Positions 13,511 through 26,400 of a stretch of DNA of 64,000 nucleotides are shown here, one piece after another. The notes under the pieces were generated by a model that was not told the DNA's origin, ran no database searches, and was given only the letters and a program-made list of their open reading frames with translations. Position 1 is the first letter of the stretch. Every line of letters begins with the position of its first letter. The DNA comes from the human T2T-CHM13v2.0 reference genome, Homo sapiens. Location of the stretch: NCBI RefSeq assembly GCF_009914755.1, contig NC_060932.1; one strand, given 5' to 3'. A program made the translations under genes and the position numbers.

Positions 13511-16500
13511 CCTAGACCCTGTGCAGAGACTGATGGGAAGGCATTTTCTTTCCTGGGTGACCAAGGCCCCCCTCCTTGGCTGAGCTGCTTTTTTCCCTTC
13601 CCAAGCTGCCTCAACATCCCCTTTAAAGTGTGACCTTCACTTGGGGGCCTTCTTCCTGCTTTGGGGTGCCCCTTGCATGAGAAACACACCCTGGATGTAA
13701 GCTAGGGACTCCATGACCCCCTTGGCATGGCACAGGGGCTGCCAGGAACACATTTTCATCAGTGGAAGGACCCAGGCCACCCTTTTTTTCCTTCAAGAGT
13801 TGCCTCAACATCCTCTTTCAAACCTGACCATCACTTGAGGGACGTTTTGCCACTTGATGGTGCCCCGTGGGTGAGACATGCATCCTGGGTGCAAGCCAGT
13901 TATGACACTATCCACCCACACCTTGTGCAGGGGCTGACAGGAAGTCATTATTTTCCATGGGAGGACCCAGGCACCCTCCTAGGCTGTGCCACTTTTTTCC
14001 ATTCCTGAGCTGCCTCAACGTCACCTTTCAATCCTGACCTGCCATACCCTTCCTTCTGGGGCCTTTTTGCCACTTTGCGGTGCCTCCTGTGGGCAACACA
14101 TGCATACTGCATGCAAGCCAAGGAGTCCACGATGACCCCCATGGATCCTACAGAGGCGCTGCCAGGAAGACATTTTCTTTTGTGGGAGGACCGAGGTCCC
14201 CTCCATGGCCGCATTTTTTTTTTCCAGAGCTGCCTCAACCTCCACTTTCAAGCCTGATTTGCCATGGCCTTCCCCCTGGGATATTCTTGCAGCATTGTAG
14301 TGCCCCCATGGGAGAGACATGCATCATGGTTGCAAGCAAGGGACTCACGGCCCCCTGTGCCCACTGCAGGGGGTGCTGGGAAGAGATTTTCACTTGCTGG
14401 AGGATCTAGAGCTCCCTCCTGGGCCGCCTCATTGTTTTTCCTTCCAGAGCTGCCTCCACATCCCCTTTCAAGCCTGACTTGCCATTCCCTTCCCTTGGAG
14501 GCCTTCTTGCTGCTTTGGTGGGCCCTGTGGGTGAGACACGCACCCTGGAGGCAACCCAGGGATGCCACAACCCACCCGGACCTCGCTCAGGGACTGCCAG
14601 TAAGACATTTACATTTGTGGGAGTACCCAGGCCCCCACACTGAGAGTGATGCTTTTTTTCCCTTCCTGACATGCCTCTACATCCCCTTTCAAGCCTGACT
14701 TTCCCTTGGAGGACTTCTTTCCCATTTGAAGTGCCCCTGTGGGTGAGACCTGCACCTTGAGTGCAAGCTAGGAATGCCATGACACTCCCAGATGCTGCAC
14801 AATGCCTGCCTGGAATGCATTTTCTTCTGTGGGAGGACCCAGGCCCCCACCTGGGCCGCACCATTTTTTTCCATTCACGAGCTGCCTCAATGTCCCATTT
14901 CAAGCCAGAATTTTCTTGGGGGCCTTCTTCTTCCTTTAGAGGTGCCCTGTGGTTGAGATACACACCCTGGGGGTGAGCCAGGGATACCATGACTTCCCCA
15001 GACCCCATGCAGGGACTACTGGGAAGGCATTTTCATCCATGGGAGGACCTAGGTCCCTTCCCAGGCTAGGACGCTTTTTTCCCTTCCTGAGCTGCCTCAA
15101 TGTCCGCTTTCAAGCCTGACATTCCCTTGCAGGCCTTCTTGCTGCTTTATGGTGTCCCCCGAGGGGAAACACGAACCCTGGGTGCAAGCCAGGGATGCCG
15201 CAAACACCCCAGACTCCATGCAGGGGCTGCCAAGAAGGCATTTTCTTCTGTGGGAGGTCACAGGTCCCCCTGCTGGGCTGTTTCACATTTTCTCAACCTG
15301 CACTGCCTCAACCTCCCCTTTCAAGCCTGACTTGCCATCTCCTTCCCTTGGAGGTCTTTTTGCCCCTTTGGGGTGCCTCCCAAGATGGGACATGCAACCT
15401 GGGTGCAAGTCATGGATGCCACGAGCCCCCCCCAACCCGGGCCACACAGAGTAGATGCCAGGAAGGCACTTTTGCCTGTTGAAGGACCAAGGACCCCATC
15501 CTTGGCTGAGCTGCTTTTTTCCTTTCCTGAGCTGCCTCAACATCCACTTTAAAGCCTGACCTTCAATTTGGGGCCCTCTTGCTGCTTTTGGGTGACCCCC
15601 ATGGGCGAGACACTCACCCTGGGTGAAAGCCAGGGATGCCACAGTTTCCCTGGATTGTGGCTGCCAGGAAGGCCCAGGCCTCCTTTGGAGGCCTTTGGCA
15701 TCCCCTCAGCCTGGCCACCGTTTTTCCCTGGATGCCTCAACATACCTTTTGAATGCTGACATGCTGTTCCCTTTCCCTGGAGCCCTTCATGCCCATTTAT
15801 GATGCCCATCATAGGTGAAAGATGACTTTGGTGCAAGCCAGGGACTCCGTGATCACTTTGGGCCCAGCACAGGGGTTGTCAGGAAGGCCCAGGCTTCCCT
15901 GGGAGGCATTCAGCCTCCCCTTTGGCCTGGCTGCTTTATTTCCCTGGCTGCCTCAATGTCCTGTTTCAAACTTCTTGCTGCTTTGGGGTGCCCATCGTTT
16001 GCAAGACATGCACCCTGGGTGCAAGCCAGAGACCCCCACGGATGCCATGCAGGGGCTGCTGGGAAGGTATTTTTATCCATGGGAGGATCCAGGCTACCGT
16101 CCTGGCCCTTGCCAATTATTTTTCCCTTCCTGTGCTAACTCAACGTCCCCTTTCAAGCCTGACCTTCCTTTGGTGGCCCTCTTGCCACTTTGGGGTGCAC
16201 CTGTGGGTGAGACACACAACCTGAGTGCAAGCTAGGGACTCCACTAATCCCCATGCTCAGCACAAGGGCTACTGGAAAGGCCCATTCAGCCATGGGAGGA
16301 TCCAGGCTCTCCTCCTTTGTTGTGCCAGTTTTTTTCCTTCCAGAGCTTCATCAACCTCCCCTTTCAAGTCTGACATGCTGTGGCCTTCCTTCTGGGGCAT
16401 TCTTGCCACTTTGGGGTGCCCCCATGGGCGAGACATGCACCCTGGGTGCAAGATAGGGACTCCACAACCTCCCAGGCCCAGTGCAGGGCCTGCCGGGAAG

Positions 16501-17135
16501 GCACTTTCATCTGTGGGAGGAAACAGGCCCCCTCCTCAGCTGTGCCATTTTTCTTTCCTTCCAGAGCTGCCTCAACCTCCCCTTTCAAGTCTGACGTGCC
16601 ATGGCCTTCCTCCTGGGGCATTCTTGCTGCTTTCCAGTGCCCTGTGGGTGAGACACGTGCCCTGGGGGCAAGCCAGAAGCATTACAACCTACCCATACCC
16701 CACGCAGTGCCTGCCGGGAAGGCATTCTTATCTGTGGGAGGACCCAGGCCCCCCTCCTGGGCTGTGCCACTTTATTCCTTTCCTGAACTGCCTCAATGGG
16801 CTCTTTCAAGCCTGACCTTCCTTTGGGGACATTCTTGCCACTTTGGGGTGCCCCCATGGGTGAGACATGCACCTTGGGTGCAAGCCAGGGAAGCCACTCA
16901 CCGGACCCAGCACAGGGGTTGACGGGAAAGCATTTTCATCCATGTGAGGAGCCAGGCCCCAGTACTGGGTGATGCCAGTTTCTTCCCTTCCCAAGCTGCG
17001 TCTTCTCCCTGTCCTAGCCTGACCTTCCCTTGTGGGCCTTCTTGCCACTTTGGGGTGCCCCCGTGGTGAGACACAAACACTGGGTGCAAGCCAGGGATGC
17101 CATGTCCCCATCCCAGACTCCACACAAGGGCTGCA

Positions 17136-18185
17136 TATCAGGGGAACCCACCCCCAATAATTCAACACGAGTCCTTTTCTATTTTCCCTAAGTGTCGGCC
17201 AGTCTGAGAAATAAAGGAAAAAAGTACAAAAGATAAATTTTAAAGGTGGGTGTCCGGGGGAGACATCACATGTCAGGAGGGTCCATGATGCCCCCTACAC
17301 CGTAAAACCAGCAAGATTTCATTAGTGATTTTCAAAAGGGGAGAGAGTGTACAAATAGGGTATGGGTCACAGAGATCACATGCTTCACAAGGTAATAAAA
17401 TATCACAAGGCAAATGGAGGCGGGGGAAATCACAAGACCAGGGTGAAATTAAAATTGCTAATGAATTGCATGCATTGTCATTGATAACATCTTATCAGGA
17501 GATAGGGTTTGAGAGCAGACAACCGGTCTGACCAAATTTTATTAGGCAGAAATTTCCTCATCCTAATAAGCCTGGGAGTGCTACTGGAGACTGGGGCTTA
17601 TTTCATCCCTTATCCACAATCATAAAAGACAGGCAACCCTGGAGTGGCTATTTTAAAGGACTACCCCATGGAAGGCATTCTCTTTCCCAGGGCTGTTCCT
17701 TGCTGAGAAAAAGAATTCAGTGATATTTCTCCTATTTGCTTTTGAAAGAAGAGAAATATGGTTCTGTTCTGCCCAACTCTCAGGCAGCCAGACCTAATGG
17801 CTATCTCCCTTGTTCTCTGAGCATTGCTGTTATCCTGTTCTTTTTTCAAGGTGCTCAGATTTCATATTGTTTAAAAAATTTGTGCAGTTAACATAATCAT
17901 CACCAGGTCCTGAGTTGACATACACCCTCAGCTTATGAAGATGACAGGATTAACAGATTAAAGACAGGCATAGGAAATCACAAGAATATTGTTTGGGGAA
18001 GTGATAAGTGTCCATGAAATCTTTACAATTTATGTTCAGAGACTGCAGTAAAGACAGGCATAAGAAAATATATAAAAGTATTAATCTGGGGAACTAAAAT
18101 ATGTCCATGAAATCTTCACAATTTATGTTCTTCTGCCATGGCTTCAGCTGGTCCCTCCATTTGGGGTCCCTGACTTCCCACAACA
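17136..18185 (-). mobile_element. Solo LTR, MER11A/B/C-type (HERV-K11/HML-8), 1050 bp
   Basis: Minus strand starts TGTTGTGGGAAGTCAGGGACCCCAAATGGAGGGACCAGCTGAAGCCATGGCAGAAGAAC and ends ...GGGTTCCCCTGATA, matching recalled MER11 termini. Perfect 6-bp TSD gctgca at 17130-17135 and 18186-18191. Confidence 0.9.
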
Positions 18186-21100
18186 GCTGCAGGGAAGGCA
18201 TTTTCCTCTGTGGGAGGACACAGGCATCCCTCCTGGGACATGCTGCATTTTTCCCTTCATGAGCTGCCTCTATGCCCCCTTTCAAACCTGACCTTCCTTT
18301 TGGGGCCTTCTTGCCACTTTGGGGTGTCCTGTTGGTGAGAAAGGCACCCTGGGTGCAAGCTAGGGACTTCATGAACACCTGAGCCAGGCACAGGGCTGCT
18401 GGGAAGGCACTTTTTTCCATGGGAGGACACAGGCTCCCCTCCTTGGCCATGTGGATTTTTTTCCTTACAGAGCTGCCTCAACCTCCCCTTTCAAGCCTGA
18501 CATGCTGCGACCTTACTCTTGGGATATTTTTGCCACTTTGCGGTGCCCCTATGGGCAAGATATGCACCCAGAATGCAGGCTAGGAACTCCACAACACCCC
18601 ATGACTGGTGCAAGGGCTGCCAGGAAGACACTTTCATCTGTGGGAGGACACAGGCCTCCTCCTCGGCAGCACAGGTTTTTTTCTTCCAGAGCTGCCTCAA
18701 CCTCCCCTTTCAAGCCTGAAGTGCCGTGACCTTCCCTCTGGGGCATTCCTGCCACTTTGCAGTGCCCCGTGGGTAAGACACATACCCTGGGGGCAAGCCA
18801 GGGGTGTTACCACCACCCTGCACCCGACACAGAGCCTGGCTGGAAGGCTTTTTCATCCATGGGAAGACCCAGGCCCCCTCCTGGGCCTTGCCACATTTTT
18901 CCCTTCCTGAACTGCCTCAACATCCTCTTTGAAGCCTGACCTTCCCTTGGGGGCTCCTTGCCTCTTTGAAGTGACACCTGTGGGCGAGAAATGCATCCTG
19001 GTTGCAAGCCAGGGATGCCATGTCCACCCCGGATGCTGTGCAGGGGCTGCCGGGAAGGCACTTTAGTCTGCAGCAGGACCCAGGACCCACTCTAGGGATG
19101 CACCACTTTCTTCCCTTCCCTAGCTGCCTCAGTGTCCCCTTTGAAGCCTGACTTACCATCCCCTTCCCTTGTGGGCCTTCTTGCTGCTTTGCAGTGCCCC
19201 CGTGGGTGAGACACACACCTTGGGTGCCAGCCAGGGGCATCACGACACACCCCTACACCGTACAGGAGTGCATCCTGGGCCGTGCCCCTTTTTTCCCTTC
19301 CTGAACTGCTCCAAAGTCCCCTTTAAAGCCTGACCATCCATTCGGGGCCCTCTTGCCACTTTTGGGTGCCCCCTGTGGGCAAGACACGAACCCTGTGTGC
19401 AAGCCAGGGATGCCACGACCCCCCCCACAGACCCTGTGCAGGAGGTGCCAGGAAAGCCCAGGCCTCCCTGGGAGGCCTTGTGTTTCCCTCAGCCTGGCTG
19501 CTTTTTTGGCCTGGCTCCCTCAATGTCCCCTTTCAACACTGATGTGCTGTTCCCTTTCCTCGGGGGCCTTCATACCAGTTTGTTGGGGCCTCCCATATGC
19601 AAGGTCACCCTTTGTGCAAGTCAGGGACTCCACGACAGCTACGGGCCCAGCGCAGGGGCTGCTGGCAAGGTGGGGGCCTCCGTAAAAGTCCTTCAGCTTC
19701 CTCCTCAGCCTGGCCACTTTATTTCCCTGGCTGTCTCAACATCCCGTTTCAAGCCTGACTTGCAGTCCCCTCCCCCCAGGGGCCTTCTTCACACTTTGGG
19801 GTGCCCACCGTATGTGAGACATGCACCCAGGATGCAAGCCAGGGATGCCACGACCTCCACAGGTGCCACACAAGGACTGCAGGGAAGGCAATTTATCCAT
19901 AAGATGACCCAGTCCCCCATCTGGGCAAACGCCATTTTTTTCCCTTCCCAAGCTGCCTCAAAGTCCCCTTTCAAGCCTGACTTTCCTCTGGGGAGCTTCT
20001 TCCTGCTTTGCGGTGGCCCTGTGGGTGAGACACACACCCTGGGTGCAAGCTAGGGACTCCATGAACCCCCAGCCTGGTGTAGGGGCTGCCAGGAAGGCAC
20101 TTTCAACCCTGGGAGGACCCAGGCCCCCTCCTCGGCTGTGCCATTTTTTTCCTTCCAAAGCTGCCTCAACCTCCCATTTCATGCCTGATGTGCTGTGGCC
20201 TTACTAATCGGGCATTCTTGCCACTTTAAAGTGCACCCTGTGGGTAATACACCCACCCTGCTTGCAAGCCAGGCACACCACGAGCCCCTCAGAACTCCCA
20301 CAGTGGATGATGGGAAGGCATTTTCGTCCATGGGAGGATCCAGGACCCCTTACTGGGCTGCGCCAATTTTTCCTTTCCCAAGCTGCCTGAACATATACTT
20401 TCCAGCCTGACTTGCTGTCCCCTTCCATTGGGGGACTTTTTGCCACTTTGGGCTGCCTCCCATGGGTGAGACACGCATTCCGGGTGCAAGCAGTGATGCC
20501 ACGACCCTTCTGCACCCTGTGCAGGTGCTGCTGGGATGGCACTTTCGTCCATGAGAGGACCCAGGACCTCCTCCTGGGCCATACCCCTTTCTTCTTTTCT
20601 CAAGCTGCCTCAACATCACCTTTCAAACCTGATGTGCAGTCCCCTTCCCTTAGGGACCTTTTTGCTGCTTTGAGGTGTCACCTGAGGTCAAGAAACACAC
20701 CCTGGGTGCAAGCCAGGGATGCCAAAATCCCCATGGACCCAGTGCAGAGGCTGCTGGGAAGGCACTTTCCTCCCTGGTAGTGCCCAGGCCCCCGTCCTAG
20801 GCTGCGCCAATTTTTTCACTTCAAGAGCTGCCTCAACGTCCGCTTTCAAGCCTGACATTGACTCGGGGGCCTTCTAGCTTATTTGGGGTGCGCCTGTGGG
20901 CGAGACACGAACCCTGGGTGCAAGCTAAGGACTCCATAAATCCACCGGCCCAGTGCAGTGGCTGCCAGGAATGCACATTCATCCACGGGATGACCCAGGC
21001 CCCCCTCCTTGACTATGCCATTTATTATCCTTCCAGAGCTGCCTCAACTTCCCCTTTCAAGCCTGACGTATTGTGGCCTTCCTCCTGGGGCATTCTTGCC

Positions 21101-22583
21101 ACTTTGGGGTGCCCCAATGGGCAAGACATGCACTGTGCGTGCAAGCTAGGGACTCCATGACCTTCCGGGCCCAGCACATGGGGTTCTGGGAAGGCATTTT
21201 CATCCGTGGGAAGACACAGGCCCCCCTCCTAGGCCATGCCATTTTTTTCCTTCCAGAGCTGCCTCAACCTCCCCTTTCAAGCCTGCCACGCTGTGGCCTT
21301 CCTCCTGGGGCCTTCTTGCTGCTTTGCAGTTCCCTGTGGGTGAGACATATACCCTGGGGGCAAGCCAAGGGTGTTAAAACCTACCCACACCATGTGCAGA
21401 GCCTGCCTGGAAGGCATTTTCATCCATGGGAGGACCCAGGCCTCCCTCCTTGGTGACACCACATTTTTCTTTTCCAGAACTGCCTCAATGTCCTCTTTCA
21501 AGCCTGACCTTCCCTTGGGGGCCTTCTTGCCACTTTGGGGTGTCCACCATAGGTGAGACATGCACCCTGAGTGCAATTCAGGGATGCCATGACCCCAGTG
21601 GACCCCGCACAGAGGCTGACGGGAAGGCATTTACATCTGTGGGAGAACCCAGGTCTCAGTATGGGGCCACGCCGATTTTTTCCCTTCCCAAGCTGACTCA
21701 ACGACCCCTTTCAAGCCTGAACTTCCGTTGCAGGCCTTCTTGCTGCCTTATGGTGCCTCCTGTGGCAAGACATGATCCCTGGGTGCAAGCCAGGGACACC
21801 AAGACCACCCTGGATTTACACAGGGGCTGCCAGAAGACATTTTCATCCATGGGAGGACACAGGCCCCCCATCCTGAGCTGTGCCCCTTTTTTTCCTTCCC
21901 ATGTTGCCTCAATGTCCTCTTTCAAGCCTGACTTGCCGTCCCCTTTCTTTGGGGGCCTTTTGGCCACTTTAGTCTGCCTCCCATGGATGAGACACCCACC
22001 CTGGTTGCAAGCCAGGGATGCCACGGCCCCCCCAGACCCTGCTCAGGGGCTGCCAGGAAGGCATTTTAGTCCGTGGCAGGACCCAGGCCCCCCTCTTGTG
22101 CCGCACTACATTCTTTCTTACCCCAGCTGCCCTAATGTCTCCTTTGAAGCCTGACTTGCTGTCCTCTTTTCTTGGGGTCCTTCTTGTCACTTTGCCTGCC
22201 CCCAAGGGTGAGACATGCACCCTGGTTGCAATCCAGGGATGCCATGACACACCCCAACCCCGTGAATGGGCTGGTGGGAAGGCACTTTCATCCATTGAAG
22301 GACCTAAGCCCCTGTCCAGGGCCATGCCAATTTTTTCCCTTCTTGAGCTGCCTCAACATCCCCTTTAAAGCCTGACCTTCCATTGGGGTCCTTCTTGCCA
22401 CTTATAGGTGCCCCCTGTGGGTGAGACATGAACCCTGGGTGCAAGTGAGGGATGCCATGACCCCCACCCCGGACCTTGTGCCGGGGCTGCTGGAAAGGCC
22501 CGGGCCTCCTGGGAGGCTTTCAGTGTCCCCTTTGGCCAGGCTGCTTTTTTCCCCTGACTGCCTCAACATCTCCTTTCAAACCT

Positions 22584-23454
22584 TGTAGGGAAACCCCCTG
22601 AAACTACTGCTACAGAACAAAAGATGAAATGCTCCTGATTATTGTAAATACAAAATTGGATGCAGGATTGTGTAAAGACAATGACAGGTTGTACTGCCAG
22701 AATGAGCCAACAGCACGTGATGTGCTTCCCCCTGCAGAGAGCCTATGAATGGATGTGCAGTCAGGGAGGTTTCACATCACCAAGATTCCTATCCCAGAAA
22801 AGCAGATGTTCATAGCTCTGGGCATGGAATGCAACCCCTGTGGAGAGCCTATAAATGGATGCATGAGGGGCGCCTATTCATATGGATAAGATAGGGCTAT
22901 AAACACCCTCATCTTGCCATGGCTCATCTAGGCCTCTTTAGGGTTAAGACATACTCCCTTCTGAGAATTTCTGGTCTAACCAGGTGTTCGGCATCACGTC
23001 CTGTTTCTATGGATTGTTTGTTACCAGCTTTTGCTGCAACTGTTACTGCTGATTAATATCTTGTTAATCATAGGTTATGGAAAGACTGTATTTCTTTTTT
23101 AAGGCTCCGTTAGAAATTACTGATGCACACACTATATTGTAAATTCTTTTCTCTGTATACTGTAGTTCTGCATACAGATGTTATGTTAAAGAATTACTTC
23201 ATCCCTATGTGACCATCTCACCTCATAATCAAATGACCCAAATCCCTCACTAACCTACTTCTGCCCTCACTAAACTTAATAATAAATGCTGATATATCCA
23301 GTGCTTTGGTGGCATCACGGGACCAGAAGGTGGTGACCCCCGGATGCAGCTTTCACTATCTTGTGTGTGTATATTATTTCTCGACCTGCCAATTCACCTG
23401 GGAACAAAGAAAGAGCCCCTTTGCATTGCAGGATGCTGACCAGATCCCACAATA
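22584..23454 (+). mobile_element. Solo ERVK-class LTR, probably MER11D (HML-7), 871 bp
   Basis: Starts TGTAGGGAAACCCCCTGAAACT and ends CAGATCCCACAATA. TATAAA-like boxes at ~22850 and ~22898, AATAAA at 23281. Degenerate 6-bp TSD (aaacct 22578-22583 / agccct 23455-23460) within the gamma motif ttcaagcctg. LTR nature is clear; the family name is from memory. Confidence 0.78.
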
Positions 23455-26400
23455 AGCCCTGGCATGCTGTCCCCTTTCCCTGGGGTCCTTCATACCAGTT
23501 TATGCGGTCCATTGTATGCGAGAAAGGCACACTTGGTGCAAGCAAGGGATTCCATGACCACTTCGGGCCCTGCCTAGAGGCTGCCAGGAAGGCCCAGGCC
23601 TCCCCCTCAGCCTGGCCACTTTATTTCCCTGGCTGTCTCAACGTCCCGTTTCAAGCCTGATGTAGTGTCCCCTTACACCAGGAGCCTTCTTGCAGATTTG
23701 GGGTGCCCACCATTTGCAAGAAACACACCCTTGGTGCAAGTCTGGGATGCCACTACCTCCGTGGACCCCGCACAGGGGCTTCTGGGAAGGCACTTCTGTC
23801 CATGGGAGGACCCAGGCCCCCATCCCTGCTCGCGCCAATTTTTTCCCTTCCCAAGCTGCCTCCACGTCTCCTTTCAAGCCTGATCTTCCCTTTGAGGCCT
23901 TCTTGCCACTTTGGGGTGCCCTGTGGTTGAGATATGCACCCAAGGTGAAAGCTAGGGCCTCCATAAACCCCCGGGCCCAGTGCAGGGGCTGCCAGGGAGG
24001 CACTTTCATCCACGGGAGGATCAGGATCCCCTCCTTGGCTGTGCCATTTTTTTCACTTCTAGAGCTGCCTCAACCTCCACTTTCCAGCCTGACGTGCCGT
24101 AGTCTTCCTCTTCCAGCATTCTTGCCACGATGGGGTTCCCCCATTGGTGAGACATGCACCCTGGGTGCAAGCTAGGGACTCCACTTACCCCCAGGACTGG
24201 CGCAGAGGTGCTGGGAAGGCACTTTGGTCCATTGGAGGGCCCAAGTACCCCTCCTCGGCCGTGCTGAATTTTTTCCTTCCAGAGCTGCCTCAACCTCCCC
24301 TTTTAAGCCTGACATGTCTTGGCCTTCCTCCTGGGGCATTTTTGCTGCGTTGTGGTGCCCCCATGGGTGAGGCACAGACCCTGGGTGCAAGCTACGGACT
24401 CCACGACATTCCGTGACCAGTGCAAGGGCTGCTGAGAAGGTACTTTCATCCCTGGGAGCACACAGGCCCCCTTTTCAGCCACCAGTTTTTTTTCCTTCCA
24501 GAACTACTTCAACCTCTCCTTTCAAGCCTGACATGCTGTGGCTTTCCTTTTGGGGCATTCTTGCCACTTTGTAGTGCCCCATGGGTGAGACATGTATCCT
24601 GGGGCAAGCCAGGGGCATTACGACACCCCCGCACGCTGCACAGTTCCTGCCAGGAAGGCATTTTCCTCCATGGTAGGACCCAGGCCCCCTCCTGGCCTGT
24701 GCCAATTTTTTCCCTTCCCGAACTGCCTCAACATCATCTTTCAAGCCTGACCTTCCCTTGGGGGCCTTCTTGCCTCTTTGGGCTGCCCCTATGGGTGAGC
24801 CACGCACCCTGGGTGCAAGCCAGGGATGCCACGATCCCCCTGGATCCCATGCAGGGGCTGATGAGAAGAACCAGGCATCAGTGGGAGGCTTTATGCATCC
24901 CCCTTGGCCTGGCTGCTTTATTTCCCTGGCTGCCTCAATGTCCCATTTCAAGCCTGAGGTGGTGTCCCCTTACGCTGGGGGCCTTCTTGAAATTTTGACT
25001 TGCTCCCCATGTGCAAGACCCTCACCCTGGGTGCAAGCCAGGGACTCCACGACCCCTCAGGGCCCAGTGTAGGGGCTGCAGGGAAGGCCTGGGCATCCGT
25101 GGGAGGCCTTCAGCATCCGCTTCAGCCTATATGCTTTTTTACCTGGCTGCCTCAAGGTCCCCATTACAGCCTGATGCCCTGTCTCCTTCCCTTGGGGGAC
25201 TTCTTGCCACTTTGGGGTGCCTCACTTTGCAAGACATGCAGCCTGGGTCAAGCAGGGACTCCATGAACCCCCCAAGGCCTGGCACAGAGGCTGCCAGGAA
25301 GGCCGGGGTCTCCGTAGGAGGCATTCAGCATCACCTTCAGCCTGGCTGCTTAATTTCTCTGGCAGCTTCAACGTTCCTTTTAAAGTCTGACATGCTGTAC
25401 CCTTTGTCTGGGGGCCTTCTTGCCAGCTTCAGGTGCCTCCCGTTTGCCAGACAGGCACCCTTGATGCAAGCCAGGGACTCCATGACCACATGGGGCCTGG
25501 CGTTGGGACTGTGGGAAAGCCCAGGCCTCCATGGAAAGCCTTCAGCATCCCCTTTGGCCTGTCCGATTTATTTATCTGGCTGCCTCAATGTCCCCTTTCA
25601 AGACTGATGTGCTGTCACCTTCCCCCAGGGGCCTTCTTATTGCTTTGTGGTGCTCCCTGTGTGCAAGACATGAACCCTGGGTGCAAACCAGGGACTCCAC
25701 GACCCCTCAGGGCCCTTTGCAAGGGCTGCTGGGTAGGCCCAGATCTCCTTGGGATCACTTCAGCATCCCCTTCAGCCTCGACACTTTTTTCCCTGGCTGT
25801 CTCAATGTCCCCTTTAAAGCCTGACGTCCTGTCCCCTTTTCTTGGGGAACTTCTTGCCACTTTGTGGTGCCTTCCGTGTGTGAGACACACAAACAGGGTT
25901 CAAGACAGGGATTCCACAATCCCCCTTGGTCCAGCACAGAGGCTGCTGGGAAGGCCCGGGCCTCCGTGGGATGACTTCAGCATCCCACCTGGTCTAGTCG
26001 CTTTTTTCCCTGGCTGCCTCAATGTTCCCTTTCAAGCCTGAAGTGCAGTCCCCTTTCCCTGCTGGCCTTCTTGCCAGTTTTTGTGCCCTCCATGTGTGAC
26101 ACAGGCACTCTTGGTGCAAGCCATGGGCTCATGACCACCCCAGGCACGGTGCAAGGGTTGTCGTGAAGGCCCAGGCCTCCTTGGGAGGACTTCAGCTTAC
26201 CCATCGGCCTGGCCGCTTTATTACCCTGGCTGCCTTAATATCCCATTTAAAGCCTGATGTGATGTCCCCTTACCCCGGGGGCCTTCTTGCTGCTTTAGGG
26301 CCCCTAACCATGTGTGAGACACCCACACTGAGTGCAAGCCAGGGACTCCATGAAGCCCCCAGGCCCAGCACAAATGCTGTTGTGAAGGCCTGGGCTTCTC

